64,000 nucleotides of DNA from Lepidodermella squamata (Eukaryota > Animalia > Gastrotricha). The first letter of the stretch is position 1; each line of letters opens with the position of its first letter. The DNA is taken from positions 372,001 to 436,000 of the forward strand of contig JBLDXI010000074.1 in assembly GCA_047495785.1 (NCBI GenBank), written 5' to 3'. Below the pieces are notes generated by a model. The model did not search any database, was not told the DNA's origin, and saw only the letters and a program-made list of their open reading frames with translations. The position numbers and the translations under genes were made by a program. Positions 26,101 to 37,756 of this stretch are shown one piece after another.

Positions 26101-28000
26101 CCATTAGGTAAACAATAATTATTCCGCAACCATTTACGTCTTACACCTTGCAACTCGCTATAGAAAATAATATAGTGTCACCTGTTGCCTTTCTAACTGA
26201 AGAATTCGAATGTTAGCCGACAGAAAATCGATCAATAAAATAGAAACATTGTTGAAACATTACTTTTTGAGATTTCTGTATATTTGTCGTATCGTATAAC
26301 GCAATTTCTCCCAATAGCCGATTGAGATATCCCAATGAGCAATCCGAATTGTTCCCAACGTTATTTTCAGCTATTTTAAACAGTTTTTTTTTTAATTTGG
26401 AAACCAAGCAAGATTGCAGAATAGCCCTTCGCCTATCTAGCAGAGCCCATTTTCCCTAATAACTTGTTCCGTAACTGCGTGTTCTATGAGTTAATAAAAA
26501 GCTAGCATATTTTCACTGTAACAGTCTTCTGGCCTTCTAGGTCCATTTAAACTCTTTATTAATCAATTTGCAGACCAATCGATAGGGCTCTTCGGGCTCT
26601 TTAATATGATGTGATACATTATAATTCATTAACCTGAAGGAAAACAATAGGCAAAAAGCAACTTTCGGATTGCTCATTGAGACATCTCCATCGGCAATTG
26701 GGGGATTGCCAATACAATATACAATACTACATATTAATTATTACGAAACACATGCGAACTTGTCCAATGCATTACAATGATGAAACATTTATCAGCCTCA
26801 ATTCTACCATGCACTTAATAAAATTTGGTCACATTTTGACATATTCTGTTATTCGTAACGTTGAGCCATTTACCACCAAATTTTTGAAAGTAATATCCTA
26901 TCAAAGTCGTTCCCAGAGACTTTGAGTCCCAGACCTTACGACAGACCTTAGGAAGAAGACTGCTTAGGAAGATTCTTGATTTCGTTTCGAAATGTAAAAT
27001 CGATGCGCTTGGTCCAGGTTCGGACGGAATGATATGTTCAAATGATCGCCAGTTCAGGATCCCATTTCCAGGAGGAAAAATAATTGGGACCTGCCCATTA
27101 CGTCGCACTGCGAAGCAAGTGCGCGTAAGACAATGGAAGCTCGAAAAAACTCGCGCCGAGGAGTTGATGGCCAAAAAGCATGCGGCTTGACCTTATACTT
27201 ATAATATATCTTATTTTGTACCGTATATTACAAAAACCTTTTACTAAAAAATAGTTGTTTTTATTGTTTTTAATACCCGCGTTTTTCGTTGAAACGGTGT
27301 GCGGCGCCAGTCGTAGTTTCTTGTCGGTTTTGGGTTCCGAACTTGGCTTCTCTCCCGAGTTCGAGCGAAGGATGTACCGTAATCCTTGCACCTATATTCA
27401 GTGTCTACTTATTTGACTTCAGAAAATGCTCTCAGCGGTTTCTCGTACAATCCCAGTGGTCAGCGACGAAGAGATGAAAGGAAAAAAGCTCCCAGGGGTT
27501 GTCCTGGCGTCTAGTTTCCCAGTTGGGAAGTCTGGCGCTTGAATGGTTTCTCGAAGGTCAAAGTCCTCATGCGAAAAGGAATATTCAAGTTTTTTTGAGA
27601 TTTTCGGATGCCAATTCTATAAACAGCTGAGAACTGTTAGCGGAGGTCGCGCGGCCCTTTATCTGACTGAGCATTTATTGCATAATTCCTGCAAATTGCG
27701 TCATTTTTGGCAATCTTTGCGAGCAGCTGCCACTATATTTAATCGCACTATTTATTTAAATCACTCTGGTCTATGCATTTTATGGCATTGATTTTTGATG
27801 TTAGTTTTTAGCTTCTTCAAATAGTAATTTCCAAGCTTCTTGGCGTGAGAAGTGCTCTATCCCCTATGCATTTTAGATTGCATTACCTTTACTTGCAGAT
27901 TGCCTCATTCTTCATTGCTACCCTTGATACTTAGCAACTATAGCTTATTGCTAAGCATAAATTCTTCTAAAAAAATTCTTCTTATATGTTAGGTGTTGTT

Positions 28001-29296
28001 ATGTCTTCTGAGCCACAAGACCAGCTGAAAGATGGCGTCAAAGAAGACGGTGTCTGTGATGGCGTCGCTGCGTTGAAAGTTGATAATAATCAAAAAAAGG
28101 AGGAAGATCTCGTCACTCCTTGGGATGTCACTGCCTCATCTGCGAAAGGCGTCGACTATGACAAGCTCATTTCAAAGTTTGGCTCCTCGAAAATCACTCC
28201 CGAATTGGTCGCTCGATTTGAAGCTATAACTGGCAAACCGGCCCACCATTTGCTCCGCCGGGGTCTCTTCTTTTCTCATCGGAATGTTGACGATATTCTA
28301 AGTTTTTACGAAAAGGGAAAGCCGTTCTACTTGTATACTGGCCGCGGACCATCATCTGGTTCAATGCACGTCGGTCACCTGATTCCTTTCATGTTTGCCC
28401 GCTGGCTGCAGGAGACATTTGACGTCCCCATTGTGATTCAGCTAACTGACGATGAGAAGTTTTTGTGGCGCGAGCAGGTTACCTCCCCGGAACTTGCTGA
28501 GCAGCTTGCAGTTGAAAATGCGAAGGACATTATTGCAGTTGGATTCGACGTGGAGCGTACATTTATCTTTTCCGACCTTCAATACATGGGCCAGCGCCCT
28601 CAATTTTACCGAAATGTCCTCAGGGTCCAAAAATGTGTTACGATTAACCAATTGCGGGCTTGTTTCGGTTTTGTAGACACAGACTGCGCTGGAAAATTGG
28701 CATTCCCTGCTGTACAAGCTGCACCTGCTATTTCCTCTACGTTTCCTGACATTTTCGGGGCGTTCAAACAGGAGGTGCCTTGCCTTATTCCATGTGCCAT
28801 TGATCAAGATCCTTATTTCCGTTTGACGAGAGACATTGCTCCAAGAATTAATGCACCAAAGCCGGCTTTGATTCATTCAACTTTTCTACCAGCTCTACAA
28901 GGCGCTCAAACGAAAATGTCCGCTAGTGATAAAACTTCAGTCCTGTGGTTAACTGATACTCCTGCTGAAATCAAAAAGAAAGTTAACAAGTATGCGTTTA
29001 GCGGCGGTGGCGCTACGTTAGAAGAACACCGCGCTAAGGGTGGCGATTGCGAGGTCGATGTTCCTTATCAATACCTCCGTTACCTACTCGAGGATGATGG
29101 GAAATTGGAGGAAATCAAGCGCGAATATTCAGCTGGACGAATGATGACCGGTGAAATCAAGGCAGCTTTAATCTCCGAAGTCCAGCGAGTCGTCGCCGAG
29201 CATCAGGAACGTCGAAAGTTGGTGACAGACGAGGTTGTGAAGCAGTTCATGACACCGCGCCCGCTGAAGTTCCGATTTGCTCCGACAAGCAAATGA
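28001..29296 (+). CDS. WARS1: Cytoplasmic tryptophanyl-tRNA synthetase
   Basis: [35 protein letters not shown]; the likely start ATG follows an AG acceptor. Confidence 0.97.
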   Translation: MSSEPQDQLKDGVKEDGVCDGVAALKVDNNQKKEEDLVTPWDVTASSAKGVDYDKLISKFGSSKITPELVARFEAITGKPAHHLLRRGLFFSHRNVDDILSFYEKGKPFYLYTGRGPSSGSMHVGHLIPFMFARWLQETFDVPIVIQLTDDEKFLWREQVTSPELAEQLAVENAKDIIAVGFDVERTFIFSDLQYMGQRPQFYRNVLRVQKCVTINQLRACFGFVDTDCAGKLAFPAVQAAPAISSTFPDIFGAFKQEVPCLIPCAIDQDPYFRLTRDIAPRINAPKPALIHSTFLPALQGAQTKMSASDKTSVLWLTDTPAEIKKKVNKYAFSGGGATLEEHRAKGGDCEVDVPYQYLRYLLEDDGKLEEIKREYSAGRMMTGEIKAALISEVQRVVAEHQERRKLVTDEVVKQFMTPRPLKFRFAPTSK

Positions 29297-29474
29297 TGTG
29301 ATGAATAATTAGCGTAGTTTATGCTGGGATTTTAGTTCGTATTTATTTTTTGTTCTGCGCGTTGGCTCAAGATGAAATGAGACAAAACAATTTTGTTGTG
29401 TTGCCTGTCGAGTAAAACACAACGCGTAATACTACTTGCTTTTCTCTCTTAGGATTGTTGTTTATTTTGTGAAA

Positions 29475-31538
29475 ATGACGATAGTGCACGTTGAAGTTGT
29501 CCAGAATCCGGACAGGTAAATACAACAGAGACCATTTACGTGCTTGAAATTCCCGTTAAAGCAAAACATGAGCGTTTCCGAGTGCTATCTAGTTTAAGGC
29601 CTGATATCAGTTTAAATAAAATCGATGAATTCAACATGTTCCTCGTTAATTTATGCAATCGCTTTTACAAGCTCTAGGTGTTTTTTCGAGTTCAAGTGGG
29701 CTGAAAGCGGCTTTGTAAAAATCGATAAAGCGTTATTTTTAACTATTCTAAAAAGCATTTCAGTGTGAATGCCAATTATCAAGATTTTTCTGCCATAGTT
29801 TTCCTGCGTTTATAGAAATACTATCTCTCAGAGTTGCTAAAACGGGAATTTCAAAGCAAACATTCATTAATTATAATTCAACGTATTTATTCTCCAGTAC
29901 CTTGGCTGAAGAATCATTAGTACAGCCTGTCTTGACCTTTTTGGAACGTCATTTCGAAAACGGAGTTCATCTCCCCTTCAAATTCGAACGCGCCTTTCTG
30001 GAAGATGCCGATCTCAATATTGCTCAAAATATTAACCGAATTTCAGCTGAATGCCCTCAACAGCATGTCGATAATGTCTCCCTGAGCCTGAAATCGGTCA
30101 GATTCGTCGTCCACGTTTTCAGACTTCACGATTCTGGGTCTGTCGAGGAAGCTTTAGGTCAGCCGAGTCAAAGTGGGGGTCTTTTCGGCGGCGGTGGAAA
30201 CGACGGCATGAGCGATGCGATAACAGCCGCGCTACATTGGACGTTACCCTGCGGAGAATTCGACGGAGTGTGGGAGTCTTTATACTACGACGAGCCTATT
30301 AAGGAAAAATTGCTTCGTTACGCCCAAACCGCCTTAATTTTTGCTGATGCCAAGGTTGACCCGACTATTATCACGATGAACCGAGTTATTTTGTTACATG
30401 GACCGCCCGGAACTGGCAAAACATCTCTTTGTAAGGCTCTGGCTCAGAAACTCGCCATTCGTTTGTCGAAGCGATTCAGATGCGGCCAATTGATTGAAAT
30501 TAATTCCCATTCACTGTTTTCGAAGTACTTCTCGGAAAGTGGAAAATTAGTTCTGCAAATGTTCAAAAAAATTTCGGAATTCGTCGATGATCCAGATGTT
30601 TTTGTGTGCGTTTTAATCGACGAGGTGGAAAGTTTGACGGCGGCCCGTCGAGGTGCTATGCAAGGAAACGAGCCGTCTGATGCTTTACGTGTCGTTAACG
30701 CTCTTTTGACTCAAATCGATCAATTGAAAAGACGCTCGAATGTCTTGCTCATGGCGACTTCGAACTTGATTGATGCGATTGATACTGCTTTCATTGACCG
30801 CGCTGATATCAAGCTACACGTTCAACTACCCTCGGTTCGCGCGACATTCCACGTCTTGCAATCGACCATTGAAGAGCTGATTCGCGTCGGGTTGTTGGAG
30901 GGCAGTTTAGGGTCGGTGAATCCGATGGGAATTTCCGAGGCGCGCCTTCAGTCTGACCCTGAATACCGACTGACGAGTCTGTTGTTGGACATGTCTAAGC
31001 GCGCTGTTGACGGTGGAATCAGCTGTCGCACGCTGCGAAAACTCGCGTTCCTAGCCTATTCTGAAGTCGGTCAGCTTAAGTGCATCGTAAGTCTGCGTTT
31101 ATTCTGTTTAATCACAAAAATATGCGCAAATGAGCTAATTTGAAATACCATCAAATTCATAAGGCTGCGAAGAATTTCATGAAATTCCGTGAAATTCCGC
31201 TCAAGACTCTTAAATCGAAACTTCTGGTTTCGAAGGGAATTTCTAGTTTGATTATTTTGGAAACATTTATTCGAGCAATTTTGATTTTTCAAGTTTGTTT
31301 AAAAGATGAGCATTGAATGATACATTTAACTCGTCAGATTGACTCGCCTACGGCTATCCCAGTCGACGAATTTCTGCCATACCTTTCGCAGGCCGTGGAC
31401 AAATCATTGACCGAAAACCAGGACGTGATCAACTCGGCCGAAAATGACTGCAAAAAGCCGACGAAAGCGACCTCCAAAGACGCTGCCAAGAAAGACAAAG
31501 AAAACCTGATGATGGAAAGTGACAATTTGATGGCCTAA
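29475..31538 (+). CDS. TRIP13: Pachytene checkpoint AAA+ ATPase PCH2/TRIP13, 3 exons
   Basis: Exon 1 MTIVHVEV; NRVILLHGPPGTGKTSLCKALAQKL, EINSHSLFSKYFSESGKLV, EPSDALRVVNALLTQID. Confidence 0.95.
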
Positions 31539-31746
31539 TTTTGCAACCGCTCAACCGAAAATCTGACATTAGAATCTCTAGCTAACTTTCAACAATGGTG
31601 ATTTTCAAAAGTGTTTTTCACGCTGTTGCTCATTTCTGTTTAAATCTCTCGGTGACTTTTATTATTATTATTATTATTATTAGCAATTTGATTAATTAAT
31701 TGATTGATTTGGCAATTCGATTTATTCTAGAATTTTCTAAATAAGA

Positions 31747-32357
31747 ATGAGGAAATTTCGTTGGAGCTTCGATTTCTCGAACAAGTCGAAATTGGCGGAA
31801 CGTTTCGGTTTTCAACAAGTCAGCGGTGAATTGAAGCCGCCACCCGGTTTCGGTATCGACCATACCTATGCGGAAATCGCGGTTCGCGATAATGCCGAGC
31901 TGATGGTCAAACGGTCATGGGACATCGCCCTGGACCCGTTGAAAAAGCTGCCGATGCAAGCTTTCATGGTGTGGATGATTGGCACGCAGCTGAATTTATT
32001 CTCAATTATGATGGTGGCAATGATGATTTGGCAGCCTATCCAGGCGACTTTCGCCATTCGAAAATCGCTGGAACGAATCAAGGGAGCTCAATGTGCACTA
32101 CAACGGCTTGTCTTTCTATTCGGAACACTTCTCAGCCTGCTTTTGGCTATGTATAAATTCCATTCGATGGGTCTCTTGCCTACTCACCCCTCAGATTGGC
32201 TCGCTTTCACAAGTCTACCCAAGGTAATAAATTGAAAAAAATTCTAGAAAAACTATAATTTTTATGTCCATAACAGCGAGCTGAATATGCTATTGGTGGT
32301 TTGTATACGGAGCACGTAACTGGAAGCGGAGGTCTACACTTTTCAATGAGCCAGTGA
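31747..32357 (+). CDS. EMC4: ER membrane protein complex subunit 4, 2 exons
   Basis: KRSWDIALDPLKKLPM, YKFHSMGLLPTHPSDWLAF. Confidence 0.93.
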
Positions 32358-32673
32358 ATAAACATCGTGTTAAACAAAAGCAGTGCTCACCTAGTGTAGT
32401 TGCGTGTTTTTTCTCGTCGTAAAACGTCTCGTCGTATTATGTGTGCGATGAAAAATGTTCAAGTCAAAAACTCTCCATGAGTCGGTGTTGTTTTACATCT
32501 TCTGCTACAACCTAGTTAGTAGAAGAGAACCTAATTTTCGTTGATTGTCTACGGTAATATTATAACTAAAATATTCTCGACGATTTTCGAGTAAAAAACG
32601 ACCCAGTTTTTAAATTTGATCATCATTTTAGGTTTTAAGTTTTCTTATTCCTTCGCACCTTAAATTACCAACA

Positions 32674-33825
32674 ATGGCCCTGAAGCAGTACACCCTCGCT
32701 GAAGTTAAGGAGCACAACAACAAGAGCTCGCCATGGTTGGTTATTCACGATAAAGTTTACGATGTTGCCAAATTCTTGGATGAGGTTCGTGATTTTTAAT
32801 TTTGTGCAAATTTTTTTAATTTGCGATTTGATTAGCACCCTGGTGGCGAGGAAGTCCTCCTCGAACAAGCCGGCCGTGACTCGACCGAAAACTTCGAAGA
32901 CGTTGGCCACTCATCAGATGCTCGCGAAATGATGGAAAAATATTTGGTCGGCGAAATTGTTGAGGTACCATGCATTTTATAGTCAAATTGTTAATTTCCA
33001 CGCACTTTTTTCTATCATTTTTTTCCAGGCAGAGAGGAAAGGACAGAAACCAAAAGCCAAGCCTCTGAAAGCTGGAGAGGGCTCATCTTCGAAAGGAGGG
33101 TGCGTGTTGCAATAAAATATTCGTAAAAAATCTCGTTTGAAGTAATAAACTGTTGAATGCCTACTGCTAAATTAATGTTTTGATGAAATTTAACCCACAT
33201 TCATCTATACACCTCCCCGATTTTTCTGATATTATTAGGAATTCGTAAAATGTGAAGCACACGTCGTCGCAGGTAACAGAAAATAGCCGTTAAAAAAATT
33301 AGTTGAAAATTATAGTATCGTAATAGCATTTTTGTATCTAACTCGTCGTCATTTTTCTTTTCACGTTTGGCTGGTCAAATTTTGACCTCTCACTCTGACA
33401 GTTTTTTCATGCTATTTTTGACCTGGACACGTCGTGTGTTTCACATTTGAATGTATGCACGTATTTTTTCATGAATAATTCCATGTGAATTATTTTTGTA
33501 TGCCTGAATCACTTGCCGACCATTGAATGGGCACACATCACGAAATCTCGATATATTTTTTTCCCGCTTGATAAAATCCTCGGCTGAAAGCGATAAACTG
33601 CTTTTAAATGTTCAGAGCTTTATGAAAAATTAACTAATATAGTGCTTTAATTTTTGTTTAATTTGCGTAAAATATTAATTTTTGGTTTGGTTCTGTTTTT
33701 CCCTCACAAACAGCCTATCGTCGTACATCTGGTATTTCATTCCTGTTGCGGTTGCGGCTGCGTTAGCGTTTTACAAATTCTACAACACCAACGTTGTTGC
33801 GGCGGGAACTACTGGCAAGAAATAA
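32674..33825 (+). CDS. Cytochrome b5 with C-terminal TM anchor, 4 exons plus a candidate cassette exon
   Basis: [49 protein letters not shown]; last exon [20 protein letters not shown]. Confidence 0.95.
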
Positions 33826-35529
33826 TTAACCCTCTAGAGCTGGCTTATCTATGTGTTAGTTGCAACAGAAAAAACGTGAAAAATGAGATAAATATCAACA
33901 AAACCTCACCAAGTTGCTTGATTAGAGTTGATAAAAATAGTAAATTAATTGCGATATTATATGATAATGCTTCGCGCTTTGCAGCCTTACAATCACCAAT
34001 CGCTGATTTTTTTCCCTGGAAATGTGAGATGATCTATTATTCGGAAATAAATACGCCAAGTTGCACTTGATTTTGATGAAAATTGTGCCGTCATGTTGAA
34101 TGATTGACCCACAAAAAATATTATTATAATTCTCGGTGCACTCTATTTTTAGCGCCGTTTTTTGGTCTGGTGGTTAGTGAAACTGCGAAACGATGATATA
34201 ATGTATTACAAATTTGATGCTGTTGATTGGTGATAAGAGGAATGTTATTGTATTTGAAACTAATTATATTGTATCTGCTTCAAAAAATGGCCGATTTGTA
34301 AACCGGAAGACAAGTGATTGATAGATAGCTTTTTTGCTTCGATTCTTTCTTCTTATATCTAGAGAATGTCTCTCGGCGTTAACTCAGCACGATCTTAATG
34401 TTTAATCCAATGTGTTATTTGTCCGAAAATGAATAAAGTTTAAAATACACTCGCTTATTTCAAACGTTTTGGTACGATTAACAGCTCACTAAATTATGAT
34501 CTAGAGCTACTTCAGTCTAATTTCGCAGAGCTGATTTCTTAGTTTTGATTGATGAAAATGAATAAACAGGAAGTGCCTTAGCGGCAATCTAATCCAGATC
34601 AGAGCAACGTGACCCGCGGCTTCAATTAGTTATTTCCGTTGTAGTAAGTTTGCTAAAAATGCCCTCCGTTGGATTAGAGTAATTGAGATGACGAAGTGAT
34701 GATGCCCGTAAAACGTGTTGGAAAAGTAATCGAACGAAAGGCGAAGAATAATTTCTAATATGGATTGCTATCAGTGGTGTCTCCACGGTTCTGCTTCATT
34801 CGGTAAGCGCAAAAAAGTGTAGAAATCCGAAATTCCAGCCATTACTTTAATGAATTAGGTAATGAATTTACTATAAGCCGATGACGATTCATGATAATTA
34901 GCAAGTTAAAATGTCTCAAGTCGTCTCCGAATGTCATGTGAAGTATATGTTTACGGACGCATGAGTACCCCGATTTGATGCCTGAAAACACCGCGAAAAA
35001 GAAGATATATCGCGTTCGATTTATCATTGTTCGATGCAGAGGGCGGAGGTCGGGCTCAATTTTTGAATATTCGTGTTTCGAGGCTCAGGCGAAAAATCGG
35101 TCCGTCAACATTTACGTCGCATGCCCAATGTGAATGTAATTCTGGGGCATTCAAATAAATCAATGCAAATAATTTTGTAACAATTTTGTAAAAATTCATT
35201 CAAGGAATGATAAATAGTGTGGATTTGGGTGCTAAGCGGAAACATTTAGAAAACAACCCCCTTGTACATTTTCATTTGAGAATGGGTATCTGAATGTTGC
35301 GAAGCTATACCTATGAGCTAAAGGATCCGAAAGGAACTACACAATTTCCTAAATCCGCATATTCGTCATAGTAGTCATAGTAGTCGTCGTAGTAGTCAGA
35401 GACCAGTTGCCGATATCAGCGTTTTTCTCCTTATTTATCCAGATGTCAAGTATGAAGAGTAACCATGCAAAAATAAGATCGCATTGCTCAGCTTTAAAAC
35501 TGCCACATCACTCGGCATAGCATCGAAAA

Positions 35530-37130
35530 ATGACTTACAGCTCTTTCTTTCAATACCGCAGAGACTCTGGTCTACTATGGAAAGCCATCTCCTTAACCCT
35601 AGCCTGTTTCTTAGTTTCTTCGTGGCTCATCAATTCATGGATCCAGCGCAGTCAAACAGATTCGCTCGATGAAGCTATCCACAGGGAAAGTGAGGAAAGC
35701 TTCAGCCAAAGCATTACTGATGAAATGCCAAGTCATGATACTGGCCTACAAGCAGCTGCTGAAACAGTTCGCGAGCTTATTGTTTCTCACCTGATTAGTG
35801 CAGCCAAATGCCAGCACGAGAAGAATTGCCCCCGTAGAATACTGATCTTCAACTCATGCCCGAAAGAGGTTACTTTTTAAAAATTCATAACTTTTTATAT
35901 ATAAAATCTTCAAGTTTACGTCTAGCCATGTGAAGATATTGGAAGTCGTATACTCGGCCTTATTTCGGCATTTTACCTTGCCTATGTCAAGAATCGAATA
36001 TTTTTCGTTGTCTGGTCTGAGCAGAACGAAATGCACCACTTCTACCATATCAATGAGGAGTTGTATTCGAAGCACTTCACGATAATTCCAGAAGAACTGG
36101 AAAAGATGCTGTCAGAGGCGGCAGTCTTTGGTCGCGATAGTTGGCCCACCTTAACAGAATGGGACGAAATTGAAGTCATCAGCATTAATGATTACAGTTC
36201 AGAATTTATTGAAATTTTCGCCGAAGATGAGTATTACAAAGCTGAACGCGAGGAATTGTTCTCGGCTATAACCGGGGAAGATGACGAAGAACACAGAGAA
36301 ACCGATGTTGCCATCAACAATAACAATTTAGTTGCAATTGCTGTCGAGATTTTGTTCAGGAATCCAACTGCTGAGTTCAAGGTAAGGTAAGATAGATTAG
36401 AAAATGCCAAATTTTTAAAGCCTTGAAACCTCAGGATATAGTAATCGATTTATGGCGGAAAATGCATGATCTAGTCGACCCACCCCGAGGACGGAAATTG
36501 CTGCCAAGCGGCCGGCAATATGGCGATGATGGCATCGTTCGTTTTGGAATCTACGCTCCGTTCAACAATGCAGTTTTGAATGTATTGTTACTTTGAACTT
36601 GAGGCTTGAGGTTACTTGAATTTAGGGTGTTTTTATTTATTTTCTCAACAGGAACAACAGCGCAAGATTGCTGATTGCTTCATCAATGGACTTCATGATA
36701 TGGCTGTTTACTACGGCATGACGAATGGAATAGCAGCGGTTTTCGTCGCATCAGATTCGGATGAAGCTCGTGAAATTATCACTCAAGGAATCAGCAGATA
36801 TGGTTTACCTGCAGTTTCTCTCCAGACTGAAGCTGTATAATTTTTAGTTTATTGATATAAACTTTTCTAAATTTTTGTTTATATCAGATAATCGAGCAAT
36901 TCGACATCGGGGATAGAGATCAAAATTATCTAACCGAAGTTCGAGCTATTGCCGAGTGGATGGTTTTCAGCCGTATGGATGCCATTCTGTACCGGCAGAG
37001 CAAATTTGGCGACTCAGCTAAACTGGCCATGTCAAACACAGCTCCAGCCCGTTATCTGCCATCGATACTTCCAAGCTATCGATATGGCGTCGACAGCGAT
37101 AAATTTTGCCAAATCAAAGCACACCAATGA
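35530..37130 (+). CDS. Type II membrane GT-B fucosyltransferase-like protein, multi-exon
   Basis: N-terminal TM segment; DIGSRILGLISAFYLAYVKNR, VFVASDS and AEWMVFSRMD..SKFG resemble fucosyltransferase motifs. Confidence 0.55.
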
Positions 37131-37756
37131 AAAAATGTCAATGGGAAATCTGGGTATTTTGTTGTTTCAAAGTCCCAAACACAAGTATATGATCCTATTG
37201 TAATGTTATGAAGACTGCTGGCATCTTATTTTGAATGTAAGGTTAACTGAAAATAAATTGCTGTGAAAAGAATGGTTTATCCATATCAGATAAAATTGGG
37301 GATAAATGTGGCAATGGCCAATAATTATTGGGTTCATTTATGCTCATCAAGTTGTGACAGTAGAATATCCTAGTCGTAAAAAGTAGACCCTGGCTAGATC
37401 TAAATCTGCAAGTGGGTTAGTATCCTAGGACTTGCGCATGATCGATGCCCACATAGATCCAGCCGGTTAGATTGACAATTGAAATATCGAAATACGTAAG
37501 ACCGAGCCATTCAGGGCCAATCCGAGATCAAATAACCTCCTAACGTGTCATTTCGATACTTGAACCTTGAACCTGGAAGCCAGCAATAATATTACGCGGA
37601 AACCATTTATCTTTCCGCATTTTTCCTCTTCCCGCATATCTTATCTCGTTCGAGCATCGCTGCCCTAACAGTTAATTATAGATTACAAAGCGGTCTTATG
37701 CTTTTCCAAGCAGCTATTAGTTTTAAATTTATAAGGTTAGACGTCATTTAGCCGAC

